Below, piece after piece: positions 24,972-37,800 of a stretch of 64,000 nucleotides of DNA; within the stretch, counting starts at the first letter, position 1, and each line of letters begins with the position of its first letter. The notes below the pieces were generated by a model, which worked only from the letters and a program-made list of their open reading frames with translations, made no database searches and had not been told where the DNA came from. Both the position numbers and the translations under genes were made by a program. Origin of the DNA: Eledone cirrhosa (Eukaryota); NCBI GenBank assembly GCA_964016885.1, contig OZ024742.1:142848001-142912000 (forward strand), read 5' to 3'.

Positions 24972-25260
24972 GGCAATCTTTCGTTTTAGGTACGTAAAAT
25001 AAAACTTTGCGAATATGGTTGTCGAAACCACAGGGCAACGTCTTCATTTATTTACGTACCTAAAACGAAAGATTTCGTTTTTTTCATTTTAGGTAAGTAA
25101 ATAAAAAAAATCCAGAAAAACAAAAATTTATTTCAAAAGAAGTGAAATCTCACAAAGGATGATAATGTCGAATTCAAAACAGCATGTTCATGAAGACGTT
25201 ATCCCTGTGTTTTCGACGCCATATTCGCAAAGTTTTACGTACCTAAAACGAAAGATTGCC
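24972..25260. mobile_element. MITE with ~75-bp TIRs and 8-9 bp TSD (Merlin- or MULE-type)
   Basis: GGCAATCTTTCGTTTTAGGTACGTAAAA... / ...TTTTACGTACCTAAAACGAAAGATTGCC; flanks AGATCATAA / AGATCATAT. Confidence 0.85.
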
Positions 25261-25716
25261 AGATCATATCACGATTTAGCAAATAGGAGTTTTACGAATA
25301 ACTACTAATTTGTATTCTTTAACCCTAGCCTGTCTCTCCATCTTGATTCCTCCGGTGTTTCCAAGGGGAAAGTAGCACCCACTTTAGAAATCAGCATGTA
25401 CTTCTATCGGCTGTATCTTTTTAGCTGATTGTATAAAAGAAAATACGAAGAGCTCCGTGCATAATTCAATCCTTTCAAGCGGTGCGGCATATAAAGCAAT
25501 ACCATTTTAAGCGATTGGCACTTTCTCAGGACAGATAATAAAAATTGCAAATAGGTTCATGTAATGTATCAAAAGCACCGGAAATATTTTTTTTTTTTAA
25601 AAAGTTTTTATTCTTTAACATAAAAATACTTACTCATGAAAAGGGAGAAAAATCAATAAAATATTTTTACCTAATTTTAAGTAAATATTATTTCCGTTGA
25701 TACACTTTTGAAAAAA

Positions 25717-25802
25717 ATGACCCTCATTACTTCTTGGGTCAAGAGATGGCGACAATATAGACATCGATTTACACCATGGATAGCATATAACTGGACTAAC
25801 AG
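25717..25802 (+). CDS. SETD9: SETD9 exon 1
   Basis: MTLITSWVKRWRQYRHRFTPWIAYNWTN; donor GTAATT. Confidence 0.9.
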
Positions 25803-28800
25803 GTAATTTTTATCGATCACTTTCCTCGTGCTACTTTTTGTTTCTCTATTTTTGTTCTTGTCGGTCCCTTTATATATGTGTGTGTGTGTTCATAAACGAG
25901 GAGTTTATTTCTATAAATTTAAAAAAAGTAAAAAATTTGCAGTAAGAAAGTAAAAAGTAAAGAAAAGAAAAGAGCGGGAGGTCGAATATGTGGTCTGTTG
26001 CTTTTTCGCCAGTTTATTACAGGTAGTCTTCCGACAACGCTTAACTATTGACATTGCGTAATCATTCTCGTGGTCGTCAAAGCTAAATGGATCTCTCTCT
26101 CTCTGTATATATATATATGTGTGTGTGTGTGTATAAACATGTTTTGATTAACCTTGAAAGTTTGCAAATATGCTGAATTACGCTATGACATGACATCATG
26201 CTACCTGCTTGCTCTTTTCTTTCATTAAAAAAATCAGTGAGTGAAATAATAAAGACGGAAAGTTATAATTTATTCATTCTGTTTGTCTTAATCCTATTAC
26301 AAATATGCTCACTTTTTCGGAGTGGATTGTCATGTCGACTAAATGCAAGTTGCTTCGTTCGCCATAACAAGTTGAACCTAATCATAAAACAGGTCTTAAC
26401 TAAAGTCAATATCCCCTCGGCTATTGAGCATGCCGGATTGTCCAGGATCGATGAGAAAAGGCATGATGATCTTACCTTAGCCTTTGTGATAGAGGCAGAT
26501 AAGTCACATGCGATACCACAGTCAGCGGCTCGTTCGCCTCTTCTCACATCCTAGATAGTGGGTGGTGGGCACTGCATTTATAGCCGAACGGAATCAACTA
26601 CTGATTATCACAGTTTATTCCTCAAACTTGTGTCATTCGAGGGGAGATGACGAGTTTTTGGCCTGTCATTGTCGGCGACCCACTTTACTGAAATATCAGA
26701 TAATTCCGTCTCTTGCTTTGTCTCAAAACGTTGTTTTAATGAGAAACACCAGCATTCCCTGCTGTATTGTGTAATTGGGTGTGCATGTCTTCGCCCTTGT
26801 TTTTTTTCTCTTCTAACTATTTTTATATTGATTTGTTCTTTTTGTTTTGACTATTTATGGTATTAAGTGTAATTTTTTTACAAAGTAAATAATTGTTTCT
26901 ACTTTTGGCACAAGGCCAGCAATTACTCAGTGCATTACTGGTACTTTATTTTATCGACCCCGTAAAGATGAAAGGCAAACCAATAAATAATCAGAAACAT
27001 TCTTGTTGGGCGGCCAAAGATAGTAAACCATTGGCTAATTGTAACCATTGATGGTAACAAGGGAGGTAACTACCTGTTGGTAAAAAATCCAATATCACAG
27101 GTGCTACACTCACAAGTACAAACATTTTTTGCCTTCTCTGTACAAAAGATAGATGTTGCTATGTGGTCTCGGTAGATAGAATGGCTAATGCGTTGACCAG
27201 TTTTAATAATAATAATAATGAAATTATTGTGTACAGTGCTCAGGTGCACTACAACTCATCAAAGGTGCATGTATAGTACATAGAGTAATGTACAAATGTC
27301 AGGAAAATGAACAGTGTACGAGTCATGATATAATAACAATAACAATAATGAAATATTGTGTACAGTGCCCAGGTGCACCACAACTCATCAAAAAAGTGCA
27401 TGTACAGTACATAGGGCAATGCACAAACATCAGTAAAATGAACAGTGCACGAGTCATGATACACACATGTGTGCATGTGTATGGAAGGGGTACATCAGGT
27501 GTAGTTTTGGCGTATTTCGGGAAGCATGAGTGTCTTAAAGGATGCAGTGTCTCGGCAGCTAACAATTGACGCAGGCAGTTTGTTCCATGCTTCAGCAACT
27601 CTGAGCGTGAAAAAATGTCTACGAAAGTCATGGGAGCTGTGCTGTTTTCTGATCTTGTAGGCATGTCCACGTGTGTTAGACACATGGAGATCAAAGAGGC
27701 GCTCAGGGTTGCAATTGGCGAGATGGTTAAAAACTTTGTGGGTATTCACCAAGTCCATTGCCAGACGTCGGAGCTTCAATCAATTCATGCCCAGGGAAGC
27801 AAGGCGTTCAGAGTATGGTAGGTGTCTGATGGAGGGTATGCGCTTGGTTGCATGTCTCTGAACAGTTTCCAGGAGATCAATGTTCCGAGCAAGATAGGAG
27901 TTCCAGACTGATGATGCGAATTCCAAGTGTGGTCGTACCATAGCTGTATACAGTTTTAAATAGATGGCTGGAGAGCGGCTAACAAAGGTCTTGCTGAGTG
28001 ATGCCAAGACACCCTCGGCCTTCTTGACAATCTTAGAGACATGCTTTGTCCAATGCAAATCGTTGCTGACAGTAATGCCCAGGTCACATTCACAAGAGGA
28101 CTTTTTGATATCAGTGTTGTGGAGGGAGTATGTGGACGCTGGATTTTTCCTTCCAAAATGCATGGTGGTACACTTGTCCACAGCCAGCTTCAGTTGCCAG
28201 TCTGTGATCCATTGCTGCATTGTGTCCAGGTCTGATTGTAGGAAAGAGTTGTAAATTTCAGGATCAGTCCTTTTGATTTCAAGGTACAGCTTGATGAATC
28301 TGCCTATTTTAGTACCGTGGCATTCTGTAAGTTGGCATCTATGTCGTTAATATATGCCACAAACAAAAGAGGACCAAGAACAGATCCCTGTGGTACACCA
28401 GATGACATCTCATATGGTGAAGAATGCTGTCCTAGAACCGTGACTACTTCTTTTCGGCTGAGAATGAAGGATTTCAACCAGTCAAAAAGATCATCCCTCA
28501 CACCCATTGCAGAGAGTTTTGCCATAAGTCTTTTGTGTGGCACAGAATTAAAAGCCTTAGCAAAGTCAAGGTAAACAACATCCACCCATGAGCCGCTGTC
28601 AGTGATCCGGGTGATGTCCTCAAGGAACTCGATAAGCTGATCACAGCAGCTGGAGTTAGGGATAAATCCAAACTGTGAGAGCTCCAGAAGTTCCAAAGTG
28701 TTTCTCTGACACAGGATTCCATCAGTTTGGCCATACAGCTAGTAAGACTGACTGGACGATAGTTGACAGGTGACATGCGGTTGCCCTTTTTGAACAGGGG

Positions 28801-31800
28801 AATGACACTGGCAGTTTTCCACTGCTCCGGAGTAGCACCATTGTTGAGACAGTATTGAAAGAAGAAAGAAAGCTGGCGCAAAAGGAAATACCCACCACGT
28901 TTGAGAAGCAGGTATGTCACACCATCAAGACCAGGGGAGGCATAGTTGCGCTTATTCTTAAGGTGACGTCGCAACATTGCAGGTGTAAATTCCATAGTTG
29001 TTATGGAATTTGATGTTAGAGATGGTGGAGATGGTACATTCTGGTTTTCAACACTAAAAATACTTGCATAGCACTCAGCAATGAGTTCTGCGCATTCCTT
29101 GGGATCGTCAGTGATCTGGCTTGTGTGGGGATTGCGAAGAGGACCAACTGGAGAGTGAGGTCTCTGCTTTGAATGAACATATTTCCAGAACACCTTACTG
29201 TCAGGATTGGTTGCGATGCACTGTTCAAATTCAAGCACTGCCTTCTTTGTCACTTGCTTGAGATGGTTAGAAGATTTATTCCGCTTTTTTCTGTTGGCAT
29301 CTGATCTATGCAGTTTATATTCCCGTTCAGCGTTCCGATGTTCTTTCCTGGCAAGTCGGACCGCTGAAGTTTCCCAGATTGCACTTTTGGGGTGGTTATT
29401 TTTCCGCTTCAGTGGCACCGATGCTGCACATGCTATCCATATTGTGTCCAGGATGCTCTGGAGTATAGAGTTCACATCTCCAGAGTTATACATCTCATGC
29501 CAGTTTGGGCGCTGTAGCTCAGTGCAGTACAAGTTCCAATCCGCCCTCTTCCAATCAAAGCAAGCAGATTGGAGATGGCTCTGGTTTTTGTTGCTGCCCT
29601 CAAGTGCCAGATTGGCAATGATCATAGCATGATCAGAGTCGCCTAAAGGTTCCTCAGTAGTACAACTGATAACCACTTCAGGAGTAGTGGTAAAGATCAG
29701 GTCCAAAGTGTTGTCACCTCTTGTTGGAGAGGTGACTACTTGTGACCAGTTTGAGTCCAGCACTAGTTCAAGGAAATCGTTTGCACCTTGTGGCCAACGA
29801 AAGGTTTCCCAATCGTTCTCTGGATGATTGAAGTCACCTGCAATAAACACATAAGTGGCTGTTTTCTTGGCAGCAACTCTGAGGATATCGCAAAGCTGTG
29901 TGTCCTGATGTCTCAAGCCACTCCTTTATTTCTAACTTGCTTAGTACTGGCTTTTCTAAAACAATTTTAACCACATACCTTGCAATGCTTCATATTAACA
30001 GTACCACTATATTTTAAATTTTATTTTCCAGAACTAAACGTCTTGTAGAAAGTCATCAATCAGATAAACTTATGCCAGATGCCATTATAGAAGAAGATTT
30101 GCTTCGTTTTTGCAAATCTTTACACTTAAAAGAAGCTAAAGAGACAGGATTTAGAAAAGATGAAGATTTTTGTAAAGCCCCAGATTTTCTAAGCCGAAAT
30201 CCCTTCTCAACCAATATTGATATTCACCGGGATAGCTTGGCAATTAGTTATGAAGTTCTAGGATTTACCCTCGAAAGAAAATCCAGTAGTTTATCTGAAG
30301 CTGGTGGAGGTGTTTTTGTTACCAAGGGTTCAATACCTGCTAATACCTTCGTGTGTCTTTATCCTGGTAAGTTGAATTAAAACATTTTAGAAAATATCTT
30401 TATCTTCACCAAAACGAATCCGTCTATGTAGGATAACTGTATGGTATACTTCATGTTTCTGGTTTAGAGTATGTACGTTGAATTCCCACATGTCATAAGA
30501 GGCAATTAAAAGAATTGACACCAGTAAGGGCATCTGGTCGTAAATCATTGCCTCGAAAAGGTCCCATGATGAGCTTGAAGCTTGTCATGGGACCTGCAAG
30601 GCTTTCACAATGAAAATAGCTGTAAAACATTTGTATCTGCTAGTATATTTATTAAGGACTTTAGTCAATTGTATTTCTTTCTTATACATGTCATCATTTT
30701 TATGTCCACTTTTCTATGATTGCATAGTTTGGATGTGTTCTCCTTTGTGAAGTTCAGCATCTTGAGATCAGCTTTCACCACATCTGCTCATGTCTTCCTC
30801 TTCCACTTGGATCACATGGTACTTCTTTATACCAAACTTTCATCTTTCATATGCATTACATTTCCATGTCATAGAAATGTGATTGTAAATAACTCCATTT
30901 GCCTGATTTTTCATTAGAGTTGTCCTTCAAAAAGTGATTAGCTTCTTCCTCTCTACCTTTCACAAGTCTTAGAAACCCTAGAAAGGGTAATAGGCACTGC
31001 ATTTCTACCTGATTAAGTAATAAAAACAATTATACTCTAATAGAAACAGAATGTTTATCATAGATCTATTCAATCAGAGTTCACCTGAGACTAAACACCA
31101 ACTCTAGATAGTCTGTAACTAGGTCTTAATCTTCTCGGTACTAAATGACCCAATACCCCTCTGGATCTATGATGTAAAACATCACATTTTAAAATGTTTA
31201 TATTTAAATTGAATGTTTATATTTAAATTGAAACCTTTCATCATAGTTTTATATATGAACCTTTTGTTAATATATATTCTAAAACTAACTTAAGGAAAAC
31301 ATTAATTTATGAAACCCTTCCAAATTTCAAAATTAACTGAAATACCTAAACTCTAAATTTTATTACAAATGTGGTCATGATAGGGTTAAGTTGCTCAACA
31401 CAGCAGTACTACCAAACAAAGCTTGTAAGAATATCTTTGGAGGTTGTCAGAATTCACTTTTCCATATATTTTTGTTATTAAATGCAACAAGTGTCAAAAC
31501 CCAGCAGAAGTTAGCCTTGTAGGCCACTTGACAAGATACCAAATAGCTTGAACCTGCACCCTGGTTTTATGTTACAAAACTGTTTGTTTTAAAGTGCCTT
31601 TCATCTTAATTCTTTTACGTTATGAGAAAGTTAGTTATTTTACTAAATCTCTTTAAACTTTTGTTTATTTTAAAAATTATTTGAAAACTATACGTAGGTT
31701 TTTTATTAGAAATATAGTAACAAAAGGTTCTGCATACTCATCATGGGGTATTTTTGAGGCATTGTTTTATAGTGGGATACCCCTTTTAGTCACCTATTAT

Positions 31801-34800
31801 GACACACAGGAACACAGTGTAAATATTCAAAAGTAGATAGCCATAGTAATTTGTTGTTAATGAATCTTTCTTTATTTTGAAACATAGGTGCAATTTATAG
31901 AGTTCACGATCCACTCTTCTTCCAAAGTCTTAAAAACCAATTCATTTTCCGCTGTGCTGACCAAATACACATTGATGGCAATGACAGAGGATTATCAAAA
32001 TTAATATTCAAGTAAGTGTCTTCAAGTTGATTGTGTGCATCCAGCTTAGAATAGGTACATATCACTGTGTGTTGTAAGAGTTGGCTAAAAAGGCATCATC
32101 TGTAAAACATTGCCCACAAAGCTAACTCCATGGAGAAAAGGCCTTCACCCTTCCATTACCCTATTTCTGATGAAAGACACTGCCCATGATTTTCAAATAA
32201 TTTTGGAAAAAAAATTGGAAGGGTTTAGTATTATAACCTTCTCATTATTAAGTTGGTGTTTGGAACATAATAGGTTCTTACATAAAATTATGATGAAAGA
32301 TTTTTAAATTGATATAAACTCTTTAAAACAGTTTTGTATCATAGCCAGGGGAGATTTCAAGCAGTTTGGTACCAAAATGTTGTTGTGTCTTCTTGTTTCT
32401 TGTGAGAGTTTTCTAAATTTCATGAAAGATAGATATACATGTGTTATCATTATTTGGATTGGCAGTATCGATAGAGGCGGTGGATTGGCTGTATCGGTAG
32501 AGAGTCGGACACCATGCTTTGCAGCATAGAGTTATGGTCTGAGTTCATATCCTGTCGAGGTTAACTTTGCCTTTCGTCCTTACGGAGTCGATAAAACAAA
32601 GCATCAGTAACATATTGGAGTTGATTTTAATGAAATTAAATTTGGGAGTGAAATTTGGTAGATGGAAACCTCAACGCATCTAGGAGAGCTACCACTCCGA
32701 ATAAATTGGTGCGGGATAGAGAAATCCCCTAAGTCCAGTAAGACAACTTCCCTAGTGCTGGTGGCACGAATAAAAGCACCCAGTCGATGCTGTAAAAATG
32801 GAGGGGTGGATAGGGCCCCTGAATTCAGTAAGACAACCTCTCTAGTGCTGGTGACACGAATAAAAGCACCCAGTCCATGTTGTAAAGTGGTGCTGGTGTT
32901 AGGAATGGCATCCAACCAGTATATATACTACTGTCAAAAATTATGAGAATTGCAACAACTGCGTCAACCGCAATAACACTAACCATGTTTGGGGTGGCTG
33001 GTGCAGCCATGTGCGAGAACCCCCCGACCGTCATCAAGCAATTGCACTACAGGAAAAAGAACAAGAATATGAAGATGTCGCGTCTCAGAGTTGCCACATT
33101 TAATGTTGGTGCTCTAACAGGTAGATCTGGTGAGATAGTGGAGATGCTGGTGAGAAGGCATGTGGATGCTTGCAAGAGGTGAGATGGCGAGGTGCCTCTG
33201 CAAGACTAATTGCAGGCAAACATTTTATTTATAAGCTTTTCTGGGTGGGTAATGATGATGGGTTAGGTGGGGTAGGCATTTTACTGACTGAGAGATGGAT
33301 CGATAAAACAGTAGAGTTAGTAATAGAATAATTAATCGATAAAACAGTAGAGTTAGTAATATAATAATTAATCGATAAAACAGTAGAGTTAGTAATAGAA
33401 TAATTAAGCTTAGATTAGTTGTAGGCAAGAGACTACTGACAATCATTTCTGCCTAGGTAAAGAAGAGAAAGACTGCTTTTACGAGCAACTTTTACAAACA
33501 GCCGCAATGACAGAGGACGGACACATCGTTATGCTAGCAGGGGACTTCAATGGTCGTGTTGGACAGCTCCATAATTGTTACACTGGGGTACATGGTGGGC
33601 ACGGTTACGGCTCAAGAAATGAAGGAGGAGTGAGGCTTCTTGACTTTTGTGATGCAAGTGCACTAACCATTTGCAACACTGATTTCCAGAAACCTGCCAA
33701 TCACCTAATAATCTACAAATCAGGTGAGCACATAAGTCAAATTGACTTCTTGCTAGTTAGGCAGCGAAACAGACAGATGGTGTCAAATACCAAGGCATAC
33801 CCCGGAGAAGAATGTACCCCACAGCATAGACAGAATGAGACATACAGGAAGGTGTGGAAAAGAAAGGTCTGGAAGCTAAAAGACTTTTCACTAAAATATA
33901 AATTTAGGAAAGCCCTTCAAGATGTGTATGACGAAAAAGAAGACGATTTAGAGTCGTATGGCATAGATGATAACTGGAATTTCTTATGTGACAACTTACT
34001 GCAGGCTACTGAAGAAACTTGTGGCTGGAGCAGAGCTCTAACCAGACAGAGAGTGACCTGGTGATGGAACAGCACGGTAGATAGGGCCATTAGAGACAAA
34101 AGACTAGCATGGAACGCTTGGAAAAGTGGTGGAAGTAGAGAAGGATATACAGCCACTAAGAGAGAAACTAGATGTCAGGTGTACTTAGCACGCAGGGAGG
34201 CTGAGAGTAGGAGGTTTGCCAATGTTCTGCGATGGGAAGATCAGAGACGTGCAGTGTTCCGTATTGCAAGGCAGTGCAAATCAGGATGTTGTTGGAGATA
34301 AGTGTGTCCGGAATGATGCCGGTGTAAATAGTGTCACGAATGATCAGAAAAAGGAGGCCTGGAAATGTCATTATGAGAGTCTGATGAATGGGAGAGAGAG
34401 AAATTACCCCCAGTAGATCCAACAGAGGGACCAGCTATTGAGATTGACGAATATAGGGTCCAAGAGGCGATTAAGGCCGCTGGACTGTCGGGGATAGTTG
34501 CTGAGATGCTGAAGGCATCAAGGGACGTAGGCACTAAACTGGTTGCACGCATCATCAATCAGGCTATATATGGCGGTGTCATACCCAAAGACTGGTGCAG
34601 CAGTATTCTTATAAATTGCTATAAAGGTAAAGGGGATGCTCTGGAGAGGGGCATAAAACTGATGGATCAGGTTATGAAAGTGGCAGAAAGGATATTAGCA
34701 CAACTAATTAGAGAAAGGGTCAAACTAGATGAGATACAGTTTGGTTTTGTGCCTTGGAAAAGTACAATAGATGCCCACTTCTTAGTGAGACAACTACAAG

Positions 34801-37800
34801 AGAGGTTCTTAGAGAAGAATAAGCCACTATACTTAGCTTTTGTTGACCGAGAGAAGGCCTTTGATAGGGTACCCCGATCTGTCATCTGGTGGTCCCTAAG
34901 GAAACTAGGTATTGAGGAATGGCTTGTGAGGACAGTGCAAGCTTCATACAGAGGGGCTGTCAGTAAAGTGAGGGTAGCAATGGAGCTTAGTGAGGAATTC
35001 CAGATACAAGTAGTACATCAGGGTTCGGTCCTCAGCCCACTCTTGTTCATTATAGTCCTCCAAGCCATAACAGAGGAGTTTAAGACTGGCTGTCCATGGG
35101 AACTTCTCTATGCTGACGATCTGGTTCTTTTAGCACACAGGTTCTCAACCCATTTAGGCCAAACTTTTGTCCCTCGAAATCACGAAACGCCCCCCCCCCC
35201 CCCCCCCTATTTTTCCATTTTTCAATATACTATGCAAGCGTGGAACACGGACGTTAAACGAAACTACTGATTTTTATATCAGTAGATTACTGAAAAATTG
35301 ATTAACAATATTCCAAAGATGTGTGTATTATCTGATTGTGTTGTATGTGGTTCTAGATGTGTGTATTATCTGATTATGTGTTGCATGTGGTCCTAGATGT
35401 ATGTGCTACTCGCTTCTGTTTTTTCTTTTCTTTTTTTTATTTGTAATATTATTTATACAATAGGGAATAAAATAGATCTACATAGTGTTAACTCGTTACG
35501 GTTGAGTCAATAATTTCAGACATGAAATACATTGTTATCGGTGAAGGAAAGATAAGATTCTAACTGGCTGCGCTCAAAGTGTCTTTGACCCAGTTGACTG
35601 TGGGTTTTTCCATTTTTAGGATCTCATTTACCGGACTCACCTGCTCACAGCTGCGGTCAGACTATAGTTATGCTGTCTGCAAGCTCATTCAAATGCATTC
35701 ACACTGGCTGTCTCAAAGACATACAAATATGGCTTATAAAACTTACCAAAATAAAGAGCCTTCCAGCACCCCCTCAACCCCCCTCCCCCAGCTCCAAACG
35801 CCCCCCCCTGGAGTTCCGAAACGCCCCCCGGGGTGCATATGCTCCCCCGTTGAGAACCTTTGTTTTAGTAGAATCAGTAGAGGAGCTAGAGAATAAATTC
35901 TGGCTATGGAAACAGCAGTTGGAAGCAAGAGAACTGAGAGTGAACCTAGCTAAGACAAAAGTGGTGATGAGTAGAAAAGAGGACAAAAACTCTGATTCCG
36001 TCAGGGAAATGGCTATGTTCGAAATGCAGAAAAGGAACTGGCATAAATTCTATAAAATGTACACAATGCAGATCTTGGGTACACAAGAGATGTAGTGGGA
36101 TAGCAGGCAAACTAGGGAAAATACGTATGCAGTAGATGTACAGGGAAATTTGACAGTAGAAGTCGCATTGATAGACACATTTTTCAAATGCAGGTGGGTT
36201 CTATAGAAGTGGTTGATAGCTTCCGGTACCTAGGTGATCAGATTAGCATGGGAGGGGGGTGTTCCGAGGCCATAGTATCTAGAATAAGGACGGGTTGGAA
36301 GAAGTTTAGGGAGCTGCTTCCTCTGTTGGCAAAGAAGGGTTTCTCCCTGCGTACGAAAGGCCAGTTATATGATGCCTGTGGGAGGTGCGCGATGCTGCAT
36401 GGTGGTGAGACATGAGCAGCAACTACAGAGGGTATGCGACAGCTGGAGAGAAATGAGGCAAGCATGCTCCGTTGGATGTGCAGTGTCAATGTGCGTGAAC
36501 AACCAAGCATGGATGTGTTGAGAAAGAAACTGTGTTTAAGAGGGATAAGTTGTAGTGTGCAAGAGAGAAGACTGCGATGGTATGGACATGTGATGCGCAT
36601 GGCGGATGACCGCTGGGTAAAGAAGTGCCAATTGAAGGAAGACCACGAAAAACATGGGCGGAGGTGGTGCGAACAGATCTCAGATCGCTGAAACTCACGG
36701 TGGAGATGACGAAGGACCGTGACAAGTGGAGAGATGCTGTGCTAAATAACACCCGTCCCACCCTTGCAAGCAGGGAAAAACGGACGTAAAATGATGATGA
36801 TATATGTAATAATCTAAGGTGGTGAATTGGCAGTCGTTAAAACATCAGATAGAATGCTCTACGATATTCGTCCCACCTCACTTTACGCTCTGAATTCAAA
36901 TCCTGCCGTGGTCAACTTTGTCTTTCGTCCCTTTGATGTCATCATCATCATCATCATTTCATTTTACGTCCGCTTTTTCCCTGCTTGCAAGGGTGGGACG
37001 GGAACTGATTCTGGCTTGATTTCTACAGCTGGATGCCCTTCCTAACACCAACCTCATTTACAGTGAGTGCTGGGTGCTTTTTTGCTGTGGCACCTACACG
37101 ACCACTTTGCAGTGGAATGATATGGACCACAGTCCCTATCATCTCATTTCTACAGCTGAGTAAACTGGAGCAATGTGAAATAAAGTGTCTTGCTCAACGA
37201 AACAACACATCACCCGGTCTGAGAATTGAACTCACAACCTTTCGATTGCAAGGCCAATGCTCTAACCACTAAGCCATGTGCCTCGATAAAAATAATTGTT
37301 TCTACTTTAGGCACAAGGCCAGCAAATACCCAGTGCATTACTGGTACTTTATTTTATCGACCCCGTAAGGATGAAAGGCAAAGTCAACCTCGGCGGGATT
37401 TGAACTCAGATCGTAAAGGGACGTAATTATGCTGGAAAGCATGGCGTCCGACCCTCTACTGATACTGCCAATCCACCAATACCAGTCCAGTACTGGGGTT
37501 GATTCTTCCTCTATAGAAAAAAATCGGCTGTGTTCAGCTCTGGAGAGGATTATATGTTCTGTAAGTTAGCAGTTTGACAAATAAAGACTGAAATAAGTAT
37601 TGGTCTCAATATGATTGACCAAAACTCCTTAATTTCTATACCTATATTTTTATGTAAATATATGAATTTGTAGAAGAAACCATCCTTTAACCCTTTAGCA
37701 TGTATTTTCACGGTAAGGCTTTATCTCACATAATATTGAATCTATGAGATTTTGATATTATTTATTTTGAGAACAATATATTAACATCAGTATGAGTGGC

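Noticed and set aside
33299-33410. 36-bp triple tandem repeat
   Set aside because: Local duplication inside a dead RTE endonuclease region; no sign of function
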